From: Fibrobacterales bacterium
Lineage (GTDB): Bacteria > Fibrobacterota > Fibrobacteria > Fibrobacterales > JAOPTW01
Length of the DNA stretch: 64,000 nt
NCBI GenBank assembly: GCA_051532035.1
Contig: JAOPTW010000011.1
Coordinates: 1 to 64,000, forward strand
Direction: 5' to 3'
The position numbers and the translations under genes were made by a program. The notes under the pieces are model-generated. The model worked only from the letters and a program-made list of their open reading frames with translations. It ran no database searches and was not told where the DNA came from. Position 1 is the stretch's first letter. Every line of letters starts with the position of its first letter. Shown piece by piece: positions 20,424 through 32,200 of this stretch.

Positions 20424-21491
20424 TTGAGTGAAACAACGAATGGAAATAAAGCGGTACCCGAGAGTACAATAACTGAGGAAGCATTGCTCAACCGTGCGGC
20501 GGGATATATTAGCGGCTGTATTGAACACTCTATGCTCTATACTAATGAGAATAATGCACTCGTTGTGTATGATACTGATAGTTCGCTCTCTCGATTACTC
20601 TGTGAAGCTTATAAAAAGGCACTTCCTGATGCACAGTATGTTGATTTTACCACTACTGATAAGAATGATATTTTATCAATTTTTGAATCCCTTAATGAAA
20701 AAGATTTTGTTGTACTCATACAATCAACGAACTTTCGGCTCAATGAATTTCGTATTCGATTGAATCTCTTTGAAAAGAGAATAAAAGTTATAGAGTATGT
20801 ACAGCTGAGAAGGCTTGTTGGAGCACACGCTGAATGGTTTATTGATTCCTTAGAGTATGACAAAGAGTATTACCACACCGTTGGCCGAGGGTTAAAAGAA
20901 ATAATAGACTCGGCTCCCGATGGATTTGTTGATAGTGGGGGAGAGGTTCTTCATTTTAAATCTTCATTTGAGTCAACAACCCTTAATATTGGTGACTACC
21001 GTGCTATGAAAAATGTAGGTGGCCTCTATCCTATTGGAGAGGTATTTACTGAGTCAAAAGTACTTGAAGATGTTGTTGGCAGAGCAAAGGTATTCCTTTT
21101 TGCAAGCGTTAATTTTGAAGTGACAATCCCTGATACGCCGATAATTTTGATCATAGAAAGTGGTCGTGTTGTTGGAGTTGAAGATTCGACTCCAGAATTT
21201 GATGCGGTACTTGCCATGATCACCGATCATGAAGGTGAAGTTTGGGTGCGAGAGATTGGTTTGGGACTGAATCGTGCCTTTACTAAAGAGCGCGTTGTAC
21301 CGAGTATCGGTACCTATGAACGCATGTGTGGGCTTCATTTATCATTAGGGAAAAAGCATAATATCTATAACAAGACCGCTTATTTTAGACGGAAAGATAC
21401 ACGGTATCATATAGATGTCTTTGTGGACACCCAAGATGTGGTATTTGGTGGTCGCTCTGTGTTTAAAAATGGTGAGTGGCTCGTTTCATAA
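20424..21491 (+). CDS. Aminopeptidase T / peptidase M29-like protein
   Basis: YPIGEVFTE, REIGLGLN, ERMCGLHLSLG, HIDVF metal-ligand pattern. GAGGAG RBS. Confidence 0.6.
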   Translation: MSETTNGNKAVPESTITEEALLNRAAGYISGCIEHSMLYTNENNALVVYDTDSSLSRLLCEAYKKALPDAQYVDFTTTDKNDILSIFESLNEKDFVVLIQSTNFRLNEFRIRLNLFEKRIKVIEYVQLRRLVGAHAEWFIDSLEYDKEYYHTVGRGLKEIIDSAPDGFVDSGGEVLHFKSSFESTTLNIGDYRAMKNVGGLYPIGEVFTESKVLEDVVGRAKVFLFASVNFEVTIPDTPIILIIESGRVVGVEDSTPEFDAVLAMITDHEGEVWVREIGLGLNRAFTKERVVPSIGTYERMCGLHLSLGKKHNIYNKTAYFRRKDTRYHIDVFVDTQDVVFGGRSVFKNGEWLVS

Positions 21492-21637
21492 CTCCTTTAA
21501 GAGTACGCTGTTAATAGTGGAGTACTGCTTGCATACTTGTGTAATAATCGTATAATAAGAACCATAGAGATTGTTGCAGACAATAATTTCCTCTATGTAG
21601 ATGAGAACGTATTGAGTCAAGTTGGAGTTACGATACA

Positions 21638-22981
21638 ATGGAATGGGATCGGTTACTGAATTCAGATTATATGGGGACGCACCCTTCTAAGGTCGAACTG
21701 GGACGCTCTCCCTTTAATGCTGATCATGATAAGATTATGTTTTCTGGGGCTTTTAGGCGGTTAGCCAAGAAGACTCAGGTACACCCGTTAGCCACAAATG
21801 ATCATATCCATAATCGGTTAACCCATAGTCTTGAAGTCTCTTGCGTTGGACGCAGTTTGGGCCTCTCTGTAGCGCAAAAGTTACGAGAAAAAGGTCACCT
21901 TACAGAGGATATCCAAGTATCATATATCGGAGACATTGTACAATCGGCTTGTTTGGCTCATGATATAGGGAACCCTCCTTTTGGGCATACGGGGGAAGAG
22001 GCAATACAGCAGTGGTTTTTAAATGAAGGTGCTCCTTTTTTATCCGGAATGTCTGAGGCTGAAGCTAAGGACCTGCAGTCATTTGAAGGAAATGCACAAG
22101 GGCTCAGAGTATTGTCTACCGTGGAGAATCACCTACACAATGGTGGGCTCAGACTTACTAATGCTACCTTAGCTGCATTTATAAAATATCCGTGGACCTC
22201 ACAGTATCGTTCTGATAGCCAGCAGTTGCATAAATTTGGCGTGTTTCATTCGGAACTTTCACTTTTTCATGATATTGCTCAATCCGTTGGGTTGATAGCA
22301 CTTGATGACCACAGATACTGTCGTCACCCTTTAGTACACCTCATGGAAGCGGCTGATGATTTTTGTTATGGGATTATTGATCTAGAAGATGGATTAGAGA
22401 TGGATATTCTTGAGTGGGATGATGTTTATGCAATTTTGGAAGCAGTCATACCTGATGAGAATAAAGCTAAATTAACGAGTAAATTAGCAAAGGTTGACCA
22501 AGGGAGAAAAAATCATCTGCTTCGTGGTGTAGTCATGGATACGTATATTAAAGCGGCAAGTGATGCTTTTATTGCTCATGAAGAGCAGTATCTTGCGGGT
22601 GATGATACCAGCCTCATTGATCTTTGTGGCAACACAATAAAAGAGACGGTTCACGGGGCTAAAAAGATGGCGCGTGAGCAGATCTTTTCACATCCTCGTA
22701 AAGTTGAATTGGAAATTGGGGCCTATAATTCTGTAGCAACTCTTCTTCAGGTTATTTGTAGCTCGGCACTTGAGTGGAGTAAAAGTCCTCATACAATGTC
22801 TTATACTCAGAAGCGGGTCATTGATCTGATTGGAGAGAAGACCTTTCATCCAGATATTACCTCAGGGGAAAGTATGGGGTTAAGTCGGGATTATATGACG
22901 CTTATGCGGGTCGTTGACTTTGTGAGTGGTATGACGGATAATTATGCTACGTATTTGGCGAAGCAGTTTCAGGGGTTTTAG
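21638..22981 (+). CDS. dgt: Deoxyguanosinetriphosphate triphosphohydrolase (dGTPase)
   Basis: FRRLAKKTQV, HNRLTHSLEV, AHDIGNPPFGH, EAADDFCY, SGMTDNYA. Confidence 0.95.
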   Translation: MEWDRLLNSDYMGTHPSKVELGRSPFNADHDKIMFSGAFRRLAKKTQVHPLATNDHIHNRLTHSLEVSCVGRSLGLSVAQKLREKGHLTEDIQVSYIGDIVQSACLAHDIGNPPFGHTGEEAIQQWFLNEGAPFLSGMSEAEAKDLQSFEGNAQGLRVLSTVENHLHNGGLRLTNATLAAFIKYPWTSQYRSDSQQLHKFGVFHSELSLFHDIAQSVGLIALDDHRYCRHPLVHLMEAADDFCYGIIDLEDGLEMDILEWDDVYAILEAVIPDENKAKLTSKLAKVDQGRKNHLLRGVVMDTYIKAASDAFIAHEEQYLAGDDTSLIDLCGNTIKETVHGAKKMAREQIFSHPRKVELEIGAYNSVATLLQVICSSALEWSKSPHTMSYTQKRVIDLIGEKTFHPDITSGESMGLSRDYMTLMRVVDFVSGMTDNYATYLAKQFQGF

Positions 22982-22985
22982 GGGC

Positions 22986-23150
22986 TTTCTTTCTTTCTTT
23001 CTTTATCATGTTTTGATCTTTTTCTCTTCTCTTCTTTTTCCTCTTTTTCTTATTTATTTTCAGGGTTCTCAGGGCGTGGGCCCTGAACGCCACCAGATCT
23101 TTTGGGTGCCCAAAAGACTGGACAAAATGCACTCTTTGCAGAGGGCTGGA
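22986..23150. repeat. Polypyrimidine tract followed by three palindromic hairpins (REP/MITE-like)
   Basis: TCAGGGC-GTGG-GCCCTGA; CCAGATCTTTTGGG-TG-CCCAAAAGACTGG; CTCT-TTGC-AGAG. Confidence 0.4.
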
Positions 23151-23375
23151 TCACATGGCTTTTCTTGTTGGCCCGGTAGATACTTGACTGAGATTAACAT
23201 TGATATTTGTGGCGTGATAGGTTTATTGAATATAGGATAATCATGCACCACGAGGCGTATAGACCTATGGTATTGGTTGGGTTCCGAAGCAGGACTTTTT
23301 TATGATTCTGAAGTCTTACTTTGTTACCCTGGTGTTAGATTCTGAATTCATGGTTGTGAACTCAGAATCTAATTT

Positions 23376-24863
23376 TTATTCCCCTTTCTTACGGCGTCTA
23401 AATTGGCTTGGTTGTTTGGGGTCTGTGTTCTTTTTGTCGGTGACCTTTTGATCGGCAGAGAACATACCTGGTTTACGCTCTTTAGGGGTTCTCTTGTTTT
23501 TGCTTTGCGCTTTACCACTATTCTTTGCTGTTTGATGGGGGTGTGAACCGAAACGGCCTTTTTTCTGTTGGTCGGCTTCTTGTTTACGACGCTCATTATC
23601 TTGCTCTTTTGCTTCACGAGCTTTTTCTTTGAGCATGAGCATTTCTTTGAGACTTCCCGGTTTTGGTGGGTGTTTTTTAGAGCGAGAATTTTTTTGTTTT
23701 TCTGTTGAGAAGGGGAGTGCGTGGACTGGTTCAAATCCTCTCAGCTCGTCGCGAGGGAGTTTTTGATTGATTAATTTCTCAATTTGTAACAGCTCTTTAA
23801 TTTCATCAGCACACACTAATGAGAGTGCGTGTCCTTTGAGGCCTGCACGACCAGTACGGCCAATGCGGTGCACGTAATCTTCTGGAGTGTTTGGAAGGTC
23901 GAAATTGACTACTAAAGGGAGCTGTTGAATGTCAATGCCTCGTGCGGCAATATCGGTCGCAACGAGAATTTGAATTTTATTCTTTTTAAAGTCTGCAAGT
24001 GCTTCGGTACGAGCATTTTGGCTCTTGTTTCCGTGTATTGCCTTAGCGCTGATGCCCGCGTCAATGAGTTTTTGAACGAGCTTATTTGAGCCGTGTTTCG
24101 TACGACTAAAAACGAGTACTTGACTCCAGTCGTTCTTCTTGTCTTTTTTAATAAGATGAATGAGTGCTGCAGTTTTTTGAGACTTGTCAACAGAGAGGAG
24201 TCCGTGTTCAATGGCATCGACTGTTGTGTTGCGCGGTGTGACCGATATTTCTACCGGGTCATTAATCATTGTTCTGGCTAGGGCGCGAATATCTTTTGAA
24301 AATGTTGCCGAGAAGAGTAAATTTTGGCGCTTTTTAGGTAAAATAGAGAGGACACGTTTAATATCGTTTATAAAACCCATGTCGAGCATACGGTCGGCTT
24401 CATCAAGTACCAATATCTCGATACCGTTAAACTTAAGGGCCTTTTGCCCCCATAAGTCCATGAGGCGTCCAGGGGTTGCTACAAGAATATCAACACCTTT
24501 TTTGAGCTTTGAAATCTGAGGTTTAATATTTACTCCACCAAACACTACTCCATAGCGGATGTCCATATACTTACTATAGGCTTTGATACTCGCCTCGATC
24601 TGAGCAGCAAGTTCACGGGTAGGAGTAAGAATAAGAGTACGTACTTCATATTTCTTTGCAGGTTCACCATGTGAGAGTAATTCTAAAATAGGAAGAGTAA
24701 AAGCCGCTGTTTTACCGGTTCCTGTTTGTGCAGCAGCCATTAAGTCTTGATTAGACAATACAACAGGTATGGCTTGTGCTTGAATCGGTGATGGTGTTTC
24801 ATACCCTTTGTCGTGTATAGCTTGTAACAAAGAGTCGGATAAACCGAGGGATGAAAATTTCAT
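23376..24863 (-). CDS. rhlE: DEAD-box RNA helicase, RhlE-like
   Basis: MKFSSLGLS start at 24863. [25 protein letters not shown] and a basic C-terminal tail. Confidence 0.88.
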   Translation of the reverse strand: MKFSSLGLSDSLLQAIHDKGYETPSPIQAQAIPVVLSNQDLMAAAQTGTGKTAAFTLPILELLSHGEPAKKYEVRTLILTPTRELAAQIEASIKAYSKYMDIRYGVVFGGVNIKPQISKLKKGVDILVATPGRLMDLWGQKALKFNGIEILVLDEADRMLDMGFINDIKRVLSILPKKRQNLLFSATFSKDIRALARTMINDPVEISVTPRNTTVDAIEHGLLSVDKSQKTAALIHLIKKDKKNDWSQVLVFSRTKHGSNKLVQKLIDAGISAKAIHGNKSQNARTEALADFKKNKIQILVATDIAARGIDIQQLPLVVNFDLPNTPEDYVHRIGRTGRAGLKGHALSLVCADEIKELLQIEKLINQKLPRDELRGFEPVHALPFSTEKQKNSRSKKHPPKPGSLKEMLMLKEKAREAKEQDNERRKQEADQQKKGRFGSHPHQTAKNSGKAQSKNKRTPKERKPGMFSADQKVTDKKNTDPKQPSQFRRRKKGE

Positions 24864-25009
24864 AGTGTACTCAAATTTAAAGGTTTGGTATCCTGCATTG
24901 TATGCGCAGTGTGTGATGCTTAATGTCAATTAGTGGGGTGCATTTTATACCGAGAACCCCATAGTAGCTTCCTTAAACGACGATTTCAAGGTGTCTGGGC
25001 ATAAGTCCG

Positions 25010-25420
25010 TTAATCACCTTTATTTATAATAATGCCTTCTTTGATAAATGCTTCATCGAGTGCTTCCATTTTAAGGGGCTTTGTAAGGTATCCATTACAC
25101 AATTTTTTGAATGAACCAATGATGATATCCATTTGGTCATAGCTGGTAACCATAAATATTTTACACGAGTCAGCGAGAGAAAAACCTTCAGACTCTTCAA
25201 AATTACGAATTTCATTCAGTACGGTGATCCCATCTTTATCGGGCATATTTATGTCTAAACAGATAACATCAAAAGGTTCTTTGTCTTTATAGGCCTTTAA
25301 AAACTGGTTGAATCCATCATTGCCACCTGAAGCCGAAATAACTTCGCCATACTTTTGCAAGTAAAATGATAATGTTTTTTGACTAATCAGGTTATCTTCT
25401 ATAACTAATAATTTGTACAT
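25010..25420 (-). CDS. Single-domain response regulator (CheY-like)
   Basis: LVIEDN, CLDINMP (phospho-Asp), MVTS, YLTKP. Confidence 0.9.
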   Translation of the reverse strand: MYKLLVIEDNLISQKTLSFYLQKYGEVISASGGNDGFNQFLKAYKDKEPFDVICLDINMPDKDGITVLNEIRNFEESEGFSLADSCKIFMVTSYDQMDIIIGSFKKLCNGYLTKPLKMEALDEAFIKEGIIINKGD

Positions 25421-25599
25421 AGGTCGTTCTTTTGTTATTTAAAAAGAGTGTATCATTTTTTGGTATATAATGGGAAAAATAGTCTTGTTTGTATCCGGAT
25501 TAGAGCTTTTCTTCTCTTTTTAAAGGGGGTACTCTAGGGTCTTGTTCTTTACATACCAGTACGATTAACTACTATTATATCACTTTTACTGAGGGAACT

Positions 25600-26946
25600 A
25601 TGTTTGGGTCAAGTGGAGTGTTTAAAGAATGTATTTTATGCGTTAGCCTAGTACTTTTTGTGGCCTGTACTAATGAAGTGCCATCTATTGAGGGTTTCAA
25701 TGCCCCATCCTCTGAATTACTCCTTGACGCACAGCGGAGTTCTTCTCAAGGCCATTCATCTACTCTTTTAAATACCAGTTCATACCGTCAAAATTATTTG
25801 GTAAGTTCCGACCTTAGAATATCGAGTTCACGACGTTCAACTCTAAATCAGGGAGTTCCTGTTATAGTTAGTGGTGATTACTCTTCAGAAGGTAAAACCG
25901 AGGGTACCTCATCCTCTTCCAAAGCCATAGTTGTGGAAAGCTCAGAGGGGATGTATGCGAGTAGTACTGAAACTGTTGTTTCGAGTGGCGCAGTATCGAG
26001 TTTTTCAATTGATCAGTGTGTCGATGGCATTAAAAATGGTAATGAACGAGGAATTGATTGTGGAATTGACTGTGGGCTCTGCACAGCTGAAAGCTGGGAC
26101 TTTTATTTAGGGAATAATGGCGATGCATTGCGTGAATATGAATCATTGGTTCAGAATGGTGATACAGAAGATGCTGGTCATATGGCAAAATTAGCTTTTA
26201 CCCCCATGGCTCAGTGGTTTGGCGATTGGAACTCTACTGCAACTGTAGCAAAAAGTGTTGATAGGACTCTTGATAAGGCCGAACAATCGGGCAAACCAGC
26301 ACTTTTAGTGGTCTATGCAATTTATGGGCGGGATTGTGGTGGCTTTAGTGCAGGGGGAATGGCGAGCCCTAAAGCGTACTATGAATGGATTACTGAATTT
26401 TCTAATGGGTTTGAGGGGCGCGTGCCTTGGATTGTACTTGAGCCCGATGGACTGGCTATGCTTGATGAGGAAAGTTGTGATCAAGGTGAGCGTGCACAAC
26501 TTCTTGATTCGGCTGCTCATATATTAAGTAGTGCAGGGGGGAGGGTCTATATAGATGTAGCAAACTCTGGTTGGAAAACAGCCGAAGAACGTATTGATTT
26601 GATTGCCAAAGTAGGAACTGAGCACTTATATGGTTTTTCGACTAACGTGGCCAATACCATTGCAACCGAGAAAGAGAAGGAGGCGGCACAAATAATAGCA
26701 GAATCTACGGGGCTTCATTATATAATCGACACAGGTCGTAATGGTAATGGTTCAAATGGAGAGTGGTGTAATCCCGAGGGGAGAGCACTTGGGGCATACC
26801 CTCAAATACTGAACGATGGCTTTTTAGATGCGTATGTGTGGGTTAAAGGTGCTGGGTGGTCAGATGGTGAGTGTGACGATGCGCCTGCAGCAGGGAAGTG
26901 GTACCCCGAGTACGCCCTTGATATTACCCGTAGAACACTCCGGTAA
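25600..26946 (+). CDS. Lipoprotein with glycoside hydrolase family 6 (cellulase) domain
   Basis: Lipobox FVAC, Ser linker, small Cys-rich motif. GH6 motifs VYAIYGRDC, LEPDGL, IDTGRNG, WCNP, DAYVWVK...SDG. Confidence 0.88.
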   Translation: MFGSSGVFKECILCVSLVLFVACTNEVPSIEGFNAPSSELLLDAQRSSSQGHSSTLLNTSSYRQNYLVSSDLRISSSRRSTLNQGVPVIVSGDYSSEGKTEGTSSSSKAIVVESSEGMYASSTETVVSSGAVSSFSIDQCVDGIKNGNERGIDCGIDCGLCTAESWDFYLGNNGDALREYESLVQNGDTEDAGHMAKLAFTPMAQWFGDWNSTATVAKSVDRTLDKAEQSGKPALLVVYAIYGRDCGGFSAGGMASPKAYYEWITEFSNGFEGRVPWIVLEPDGLAMLDEESCDQGERAQLLDSAAHILSSAGGRVYIDVANSGWKTAEERIDLIAKVGTEHLYGFSTNVANTIATEKEKEAAQIIAESTGLHYIIDTGRNGNGSNGEWCNPEGRALGAYPQILNDGFLDAYVWVKGAGWSDGECDDAPAAGKWYPEYALDITRRTLR

Positions 26947-27148
26947 GCAGGTCTTTTTTAATGTGCAAGTATTTTGAGTGCAATGTTTAAACTTATTTAC
27001 AGAACTATTCAGTAGACTTTCACTACATAAAACCATTTATATTTAATACTTAACTCTCACGGAGTTGTTACAGTTGGTTCATTTGTCTGCTAATAAATAC
27101 CAATTGCTATTCAGTGTTTATACCTCTCTCATCTTGAATACTGAATAA

Positions 27149-27820
27149 TTAACGCTTCGTGAGAGTTTTTTCTTGCCTGGTTCCAAAGCGAGAGTTCAAA
27201 AATCCGTTAAGCAATATATTTCCCGAAAAGGCATTATCAAAGTCAATAGTAACCGTGAGTTCGCTCTTGCCAAATACTCGGGCATACACAAACCAATGTA
27301 GGTTTTTATTTTCCGGTAGTTTTGCTACGACTTTACACTTTTTAAACTCTAGAGAGTCAACCAATTGGGTTGAAATGGTGTGAACAAGTGTTGCATGAGC
27401 CATGTTCTCTTCTATTACAGTGAATAAACCATCACAGGTCTGTTTAAAATAGTCGTCGTGTTCGCCAAAGATCGAGTGATCATACTTTTGATAGGTTGCA
27501 TTATAATTGCCATCACCAAAGAGATTGATGAGCGTTTTACTATTTGATTTTACATCATATCCTTTTCTCTCTAGCATTTTTCGTCCTTTACGGGCTTGCG
27601 CCTCAACATAATATTGGTGAAAGGCAGAGGACTCTACGTAATAACCGGGAAGTGAGAAGGTCCAATGAAAAGTCCCTAAATAATACTGTGTTTCTGGTAT
27701 GCAATTTTCTTGAAGGTCCCCTTTACAATAAGGGGGCTCTGAACAGCCTACGAGGGCAAAGAGTATTAGGAGACTAAAGAGGTGAATGACGGGGTTGGAT
27801 TTGAAAAACATCGTACTCAA
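27149..27820 (-). CDS. Hypothetical lipoprotein
   Basis: Hydrophobic signal with LVGC lipobox. Confidence 0.6.
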   Translation of the reverse strand: MSTMFFKSNPVIHLFSLLILFALVGCSEPPYCKGDLQENCIPETQYYLGTFHWTFSLPGYYVESSAFHQYYVEAQARKGRKMLERKGYDVKSNSKTLINLFGDGNYNATYQKYDHSIFGEHDDYFKQTCDGLFTVIEENMAHATLVHTISTQLVDSLEFKKCKVVAKLPENKNLHWFVYARVFGKSELTVTIDFDNAFSGNILLNGFLNSRFGTRQEKTLTKR

Positions 27821-28007
27821 TGATTAAAAGGGGCTCTTTAATTATAGCTCTATAGGATGAACTGGTAAAGGAGTATTCCCGTTTGTAGCGGAGTATCATG
27901 ATGGGATGATTACTCTATTGTAAATAAAAAAACTAAAATGATAAGAGCTATTTATAGTGAGTCGCGAATAATTAGTTTTTATTGGGGTGTCATTTAGGAG
28001 TAAAAAT

Positions 28008-29057
28008 ATGAGTATCTATATTATAAGTAATAGATCTGTTGTACACAATCAGTTTAGCACTACTGGTAAAGAGAAGGCGCATCGAACCTTTAGAGTTGCC
28101 AAAGCATGGATTGAAGAAGGATCTGATCGTGCCTCCTACTCATTACTCGATGAAAATAACCTTGATGACTATCGCTCAGTCTCACGCTATTTAGATACTT
28201 TGCAGTCTGAAGGTGAGGCACTTACGGGGAGCGCAGCCCTCTTTTTAGACCTTTACTCCAAGATGCTCTCAGCCAAAGATACTCAGAGTGATACCCTCTT
28301 TTTTATTCATGGCTTTGCCAATAGTCTTGATGATAGCCTTATCAACATTAAAGACCTCCACGATACTTATATTAAGCCCGAAGACTCAGGGATTGATCAT
28401 CTGGTCTATGTGGCCTGGCCATCTCTCGGTAGTGTCTATGGGGCCTATTGGAATGATCAAAATGATGCCGAAGAAACAGGCCGGGTACTCGGTGGCCTCT
28501 TTTCAAAATTACACCTCTTTTTTACTCAGATGTTTGAGGCCGAAGGGAGAGAGCGCTGTAGTAATAGAATTCACCTTGCTGCCCACTCTATGGGTAATAC
28601 AGTACTGGACTATATGTTGCAAAACATTCCTAAACAAAAGCACTTTCCGCTCTTTGGAGAAGTCTTGTTACTCCATTCAGATGTGAGTTACGAAATATTT
28701 GAAGATGAAGGATCGTTCAAGAGGCTTTCTGGCCTCTCTGGCCGTACGCATATCTACATAAGTAGAAGTGATGAGGTACTGGGCGCAATATCGAGTTATA
28801 CGAAAAACTTTAATCAACGACTGGGCTACAAAGGCCCGCGCCGCACTGAAGTATTGGAACAGGATACCTTTATTGTTGATACGACTAATTCTGGACGAGC
28901 CTCTTCACTCGGTGAACAGATATTAGATCACTGGGGCTTTTTAGAGCGGGATTCCGTTGTTTCCGATATCTTACAGGTGATTAAGGGGGTACCCGAAGAG
29001 AGGATTGCAGGTCGGTCTATGAAAACAGGAACGAATAATTCGTTTTTCCTTTCTTAG
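28008..29057 (+). CDS. Alpha/beta hydrolase, DUF900 family
   Basis: FFIHGFAN, VAWPS, AHSMGN nucleophile elbow, DHWGF. AGGAG RBS before ATG 28008. Confidence 0.8.
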   Translation: MSIYIISNRSVVHNQFSTTGKEKAHRTFRVAKAWIEEGSDRASYSLLDENNLDDYRSVSRYLDTLQSEGEALTGSAALFLDLYSKMLSAKDTQSDTLFFIHGFANSLDDSLINIKDLHDTYIKPEDSGIDHLVYVAWPSLGSVYGAYWNDQNDAEETGRVLGGLFSKLHLFFTQMFEAEGRERCSNRIHLAAHSMGNTVLDYMLQNIPKQKHFPLFGEVLLLHSDVSYEIFEDEGSFKRLSGLSGRTHIYISRSDEVLGAISSYTKNFNQRLGYKGPRRTEVLEQDTFIVDTTNSGRASSLGEQILDHWGFLERDSVVSDILQVIKGVPEERIAGRSMKTGTNNSFFLS

Positions 29058-29297
29058 GTTTAAAGCAATTCTCTGATGTATCGTACTATGAAAGTAAGAA
29101 TTGTTCGAATTTAAGCTAAAATGGACTTTTCTGAAAACCTTACACTGTTAAGTCATTTTTTACAGTAAGGTACATGTTTGTAGTTTTGGGCCAAGCTTCC
29201 TTTTAGGAAGCAGCCCTTATAGCGCCATCTATTCTCTATTTCTACATTTTGTTGATCATTTTGAACGTGTAACCTAAGCACGGTAGAAGGACAACCA

Positions 29298-32200
29298 ATG
29301 ATGAAATATCTTCAGAATATTTTTACAATCCTAATTTGCACCGTTTTAATGACCTTGACTGGTTGTTTTTTTAACTCGGATCTTGAGAGTACTCGGGATT
29401 ACGCCATTTCATTGGAGGCCAATAAAGCGATACCTATCGATAGAATTGATGTCATGTATAGTGTTGGCAATGATTCAACCTATAGCTCATATCGTGATGG
29501 CTCAATTTTCCATACCTCTATTGACTCTACTACAGATAAGTACTCAATACTGTTTACCTTAAAAGGTGATAAAAAGGATCAAGCCGTTATTGAGTATATC
29601 TGGTATTCAAATGGCATTGCCATCCTTTCCAATCGCAATGAATTTGTATTGGGGGGGGCTGTAGATCTGAATAATGCACACATTGATAGTAGTATGGTGG
29701 ATATATTGATTGCCTATCACACGAATAAAATGGTAGAGAATGAGAACAGTAATGATCCGGTGCATCAGCAAAATGTATATGCATATAATAGTGGCCTCTT
29801 TAGTTCTCTCATCGCTTCAAATATTGTAGGCGCTGATAGTGCAACAGCAATTAACCTGTACCGCGCCTATAAAACACAACAAATTACTCTGTACGGACTT
29901 CAAATTGCACCCGACACCTTACGAATACTTTCGCAATCTAGAGACTCTCTTGAGTATTACGGTTATCCTTTTACTGAACTCTTAGGGTATCTCTTTCCTG
30001 AAACTGAGAACTTCGATGATCTTGTCGCCATTCTTCCTCAAACCATAGATATACCAGTAAAAGATTCTACCACCACTATAGATGAACCACAATCCGTTGC
30101 ATTTACCATTTCAGGATCAATAGTAGCACATGCGGCAGAGACAGAATATATTCATGTAATAATTGTAGATACTCTGACTCAAGAGAGTGTTACTGTTTTA
30201 GCAACTAAAGAATTACTTAACTATAGTGCGGTATGGCGAAAAGTCTTACCACAAGTCTACAGGGTAGATGTTCAATTTTACAGTAGTGACAGTATACAAA
30301 CGGGGATAGCTTCGGTATATTTTGATGCTGTGCAACAAGTGGTTACACTTCCGGGGGTTGATGCATGGAATGGAAAACCAACTATTACGCTTTCAGCAGT
30401 TGATACTCTTTCTATAAATGATCAGTTTGTCTTTTATATCAATGGCTCTGACACTTTGCAGGGCACGATTGATTCTATGCAGATGAAGATCGGTACAAAT
30501 GATTGGGCTACGGTAACTACAACTGATACTTTATTTAATGCTCCTGCTACACAGGTCGATTCACTTTGGTTGTATGGAAAAGTAATAGACACCGAGGGTA
30601 ACGTGGTCGTTGATTCAACACTAACAACAGTGTTACTCGATTTGCCAACGCTGACCGCTACTGCTGTGGACACCGTGATCGATCTTTCGGATTCTATTCG
30701 GATTTCATGGGTTGGCTCAGATAAGTACGGATCAATAATAAACTACAGTGTACGTCCATTAGAACATGCAACAGTCGCTGACTGGATAGATGCAGGGTTA
30801 AGTGAAAAAATAAGCTTTGCTCATGTTAGTGGAGATGGTGTTATCCGTTATCTTGTACGCGCCACTGATGATGACACTCAAATGGTCTATGATACTGTTT
30901 CGGTGCTAAAATTGATTGACCCACCAATAGCAACGAGTGTCTCTATTTCGGGATCAGCTGAACAGAATGGTTCTCTTGTGGTCTCCTATCTGTATTCTGA
31001 TCACTTGGGTGATCTTGAAGGGGCTACTACCTTTCAATGGTTGAGAGGAAGTGATTCAATTGCTGGCGCTACAACAATCAGCTATACGCCAAATTATGCT
31101 GATAGTGGTAAAGTACTGTCATGTATAGTTACCCCCGTTGCCTTAACAGGATATGCTACTGTTGGAGAAGCCGTAATAGCTCAATTTGCAAACCAAGTGA
31201 CAGGCTTTACCGCTCCGGTTGCTTCTAATGTTTCTATTAATGGTTCAGCTCAATTTGGTCAAACACTGCAGGCATTTTTTGACTATGATGATGCAGAATC
31301 AGATAAAAAGGGGACGACACAGTTTCAATGGTATAGAGATGACTCTCCTATAGTTGGAGCAACATTGGTGGGGTATCAAGTGACAGCGGAAGATGTGGGG
31401 CACATGCTTTCAGTTCAGGTAATTCCTGTAGCATTGACCGGTCATATTGTATCGGGAGCCCCAGTGGTATCCGAGGGAGTATTTGCCGAAGGAACACTTC
31501 CATCACCAGCTATTGATACTCCTAGTGGGACCTTTGCAGAAAATCAGTCGGTGACGATATCAACCAGTGTAGAAAATGGTACTATTCACTATACCATTGA
31601 TGGGTCGAAGCCAACTGAACAATCAGAAAGCTACACAGGGGCCATTGAAATAAGTTCAACAGTTGTTTTGTATGCTGCAGTGTTTAAAAGTGGGTGGAAC
31701 AGTAGTATACCTGCAGTGGAAACTTATATCATTAATGGCTCAACATCGCCACCGGTGATATCTGCTGATAATAAAGAGAGTGCAACACCTTTTGATATAA
31801 CTGCTGTGGCCGGAGAAGGAATAATCTATGTTACTCAAAGTACAGATGTCCCTCTAGAGCCCAATGAATCTTCCACGGTGGTAAATGGACCTATCACCAT
31901 TGATAGAACCATGAATTATAATTTTAAGGTATTCAGGTCTGGCTTTCGCCCGAGTATTACGGTGAGTCGTTCGTATGGTATTAATGGACAAGCAATTGCT
32001 CCCAAAATTACGCCATCGAATAATGATGCAACAGGGATTTCAGTCACGGCTTTGGGTACGGGAATCATTTATTATACTACCGATGGAACTGATCCATCTG
32101 ATACATCTGAGGAATGGATTGACCGTGAAGTTATTTCTACGGGAACCTATCGGTTTAGAATCTATCGTGAATTCTATCTTCCCAGTGATATAGTGACTGC

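Noticed and set aside
21638..22981. dGTPase as a phage-defence gene
   Set aside because: It has canonical Dgt motifs in a non-defence context; it cannot be distinguished from the housekeeping enzyme by sequence alone.
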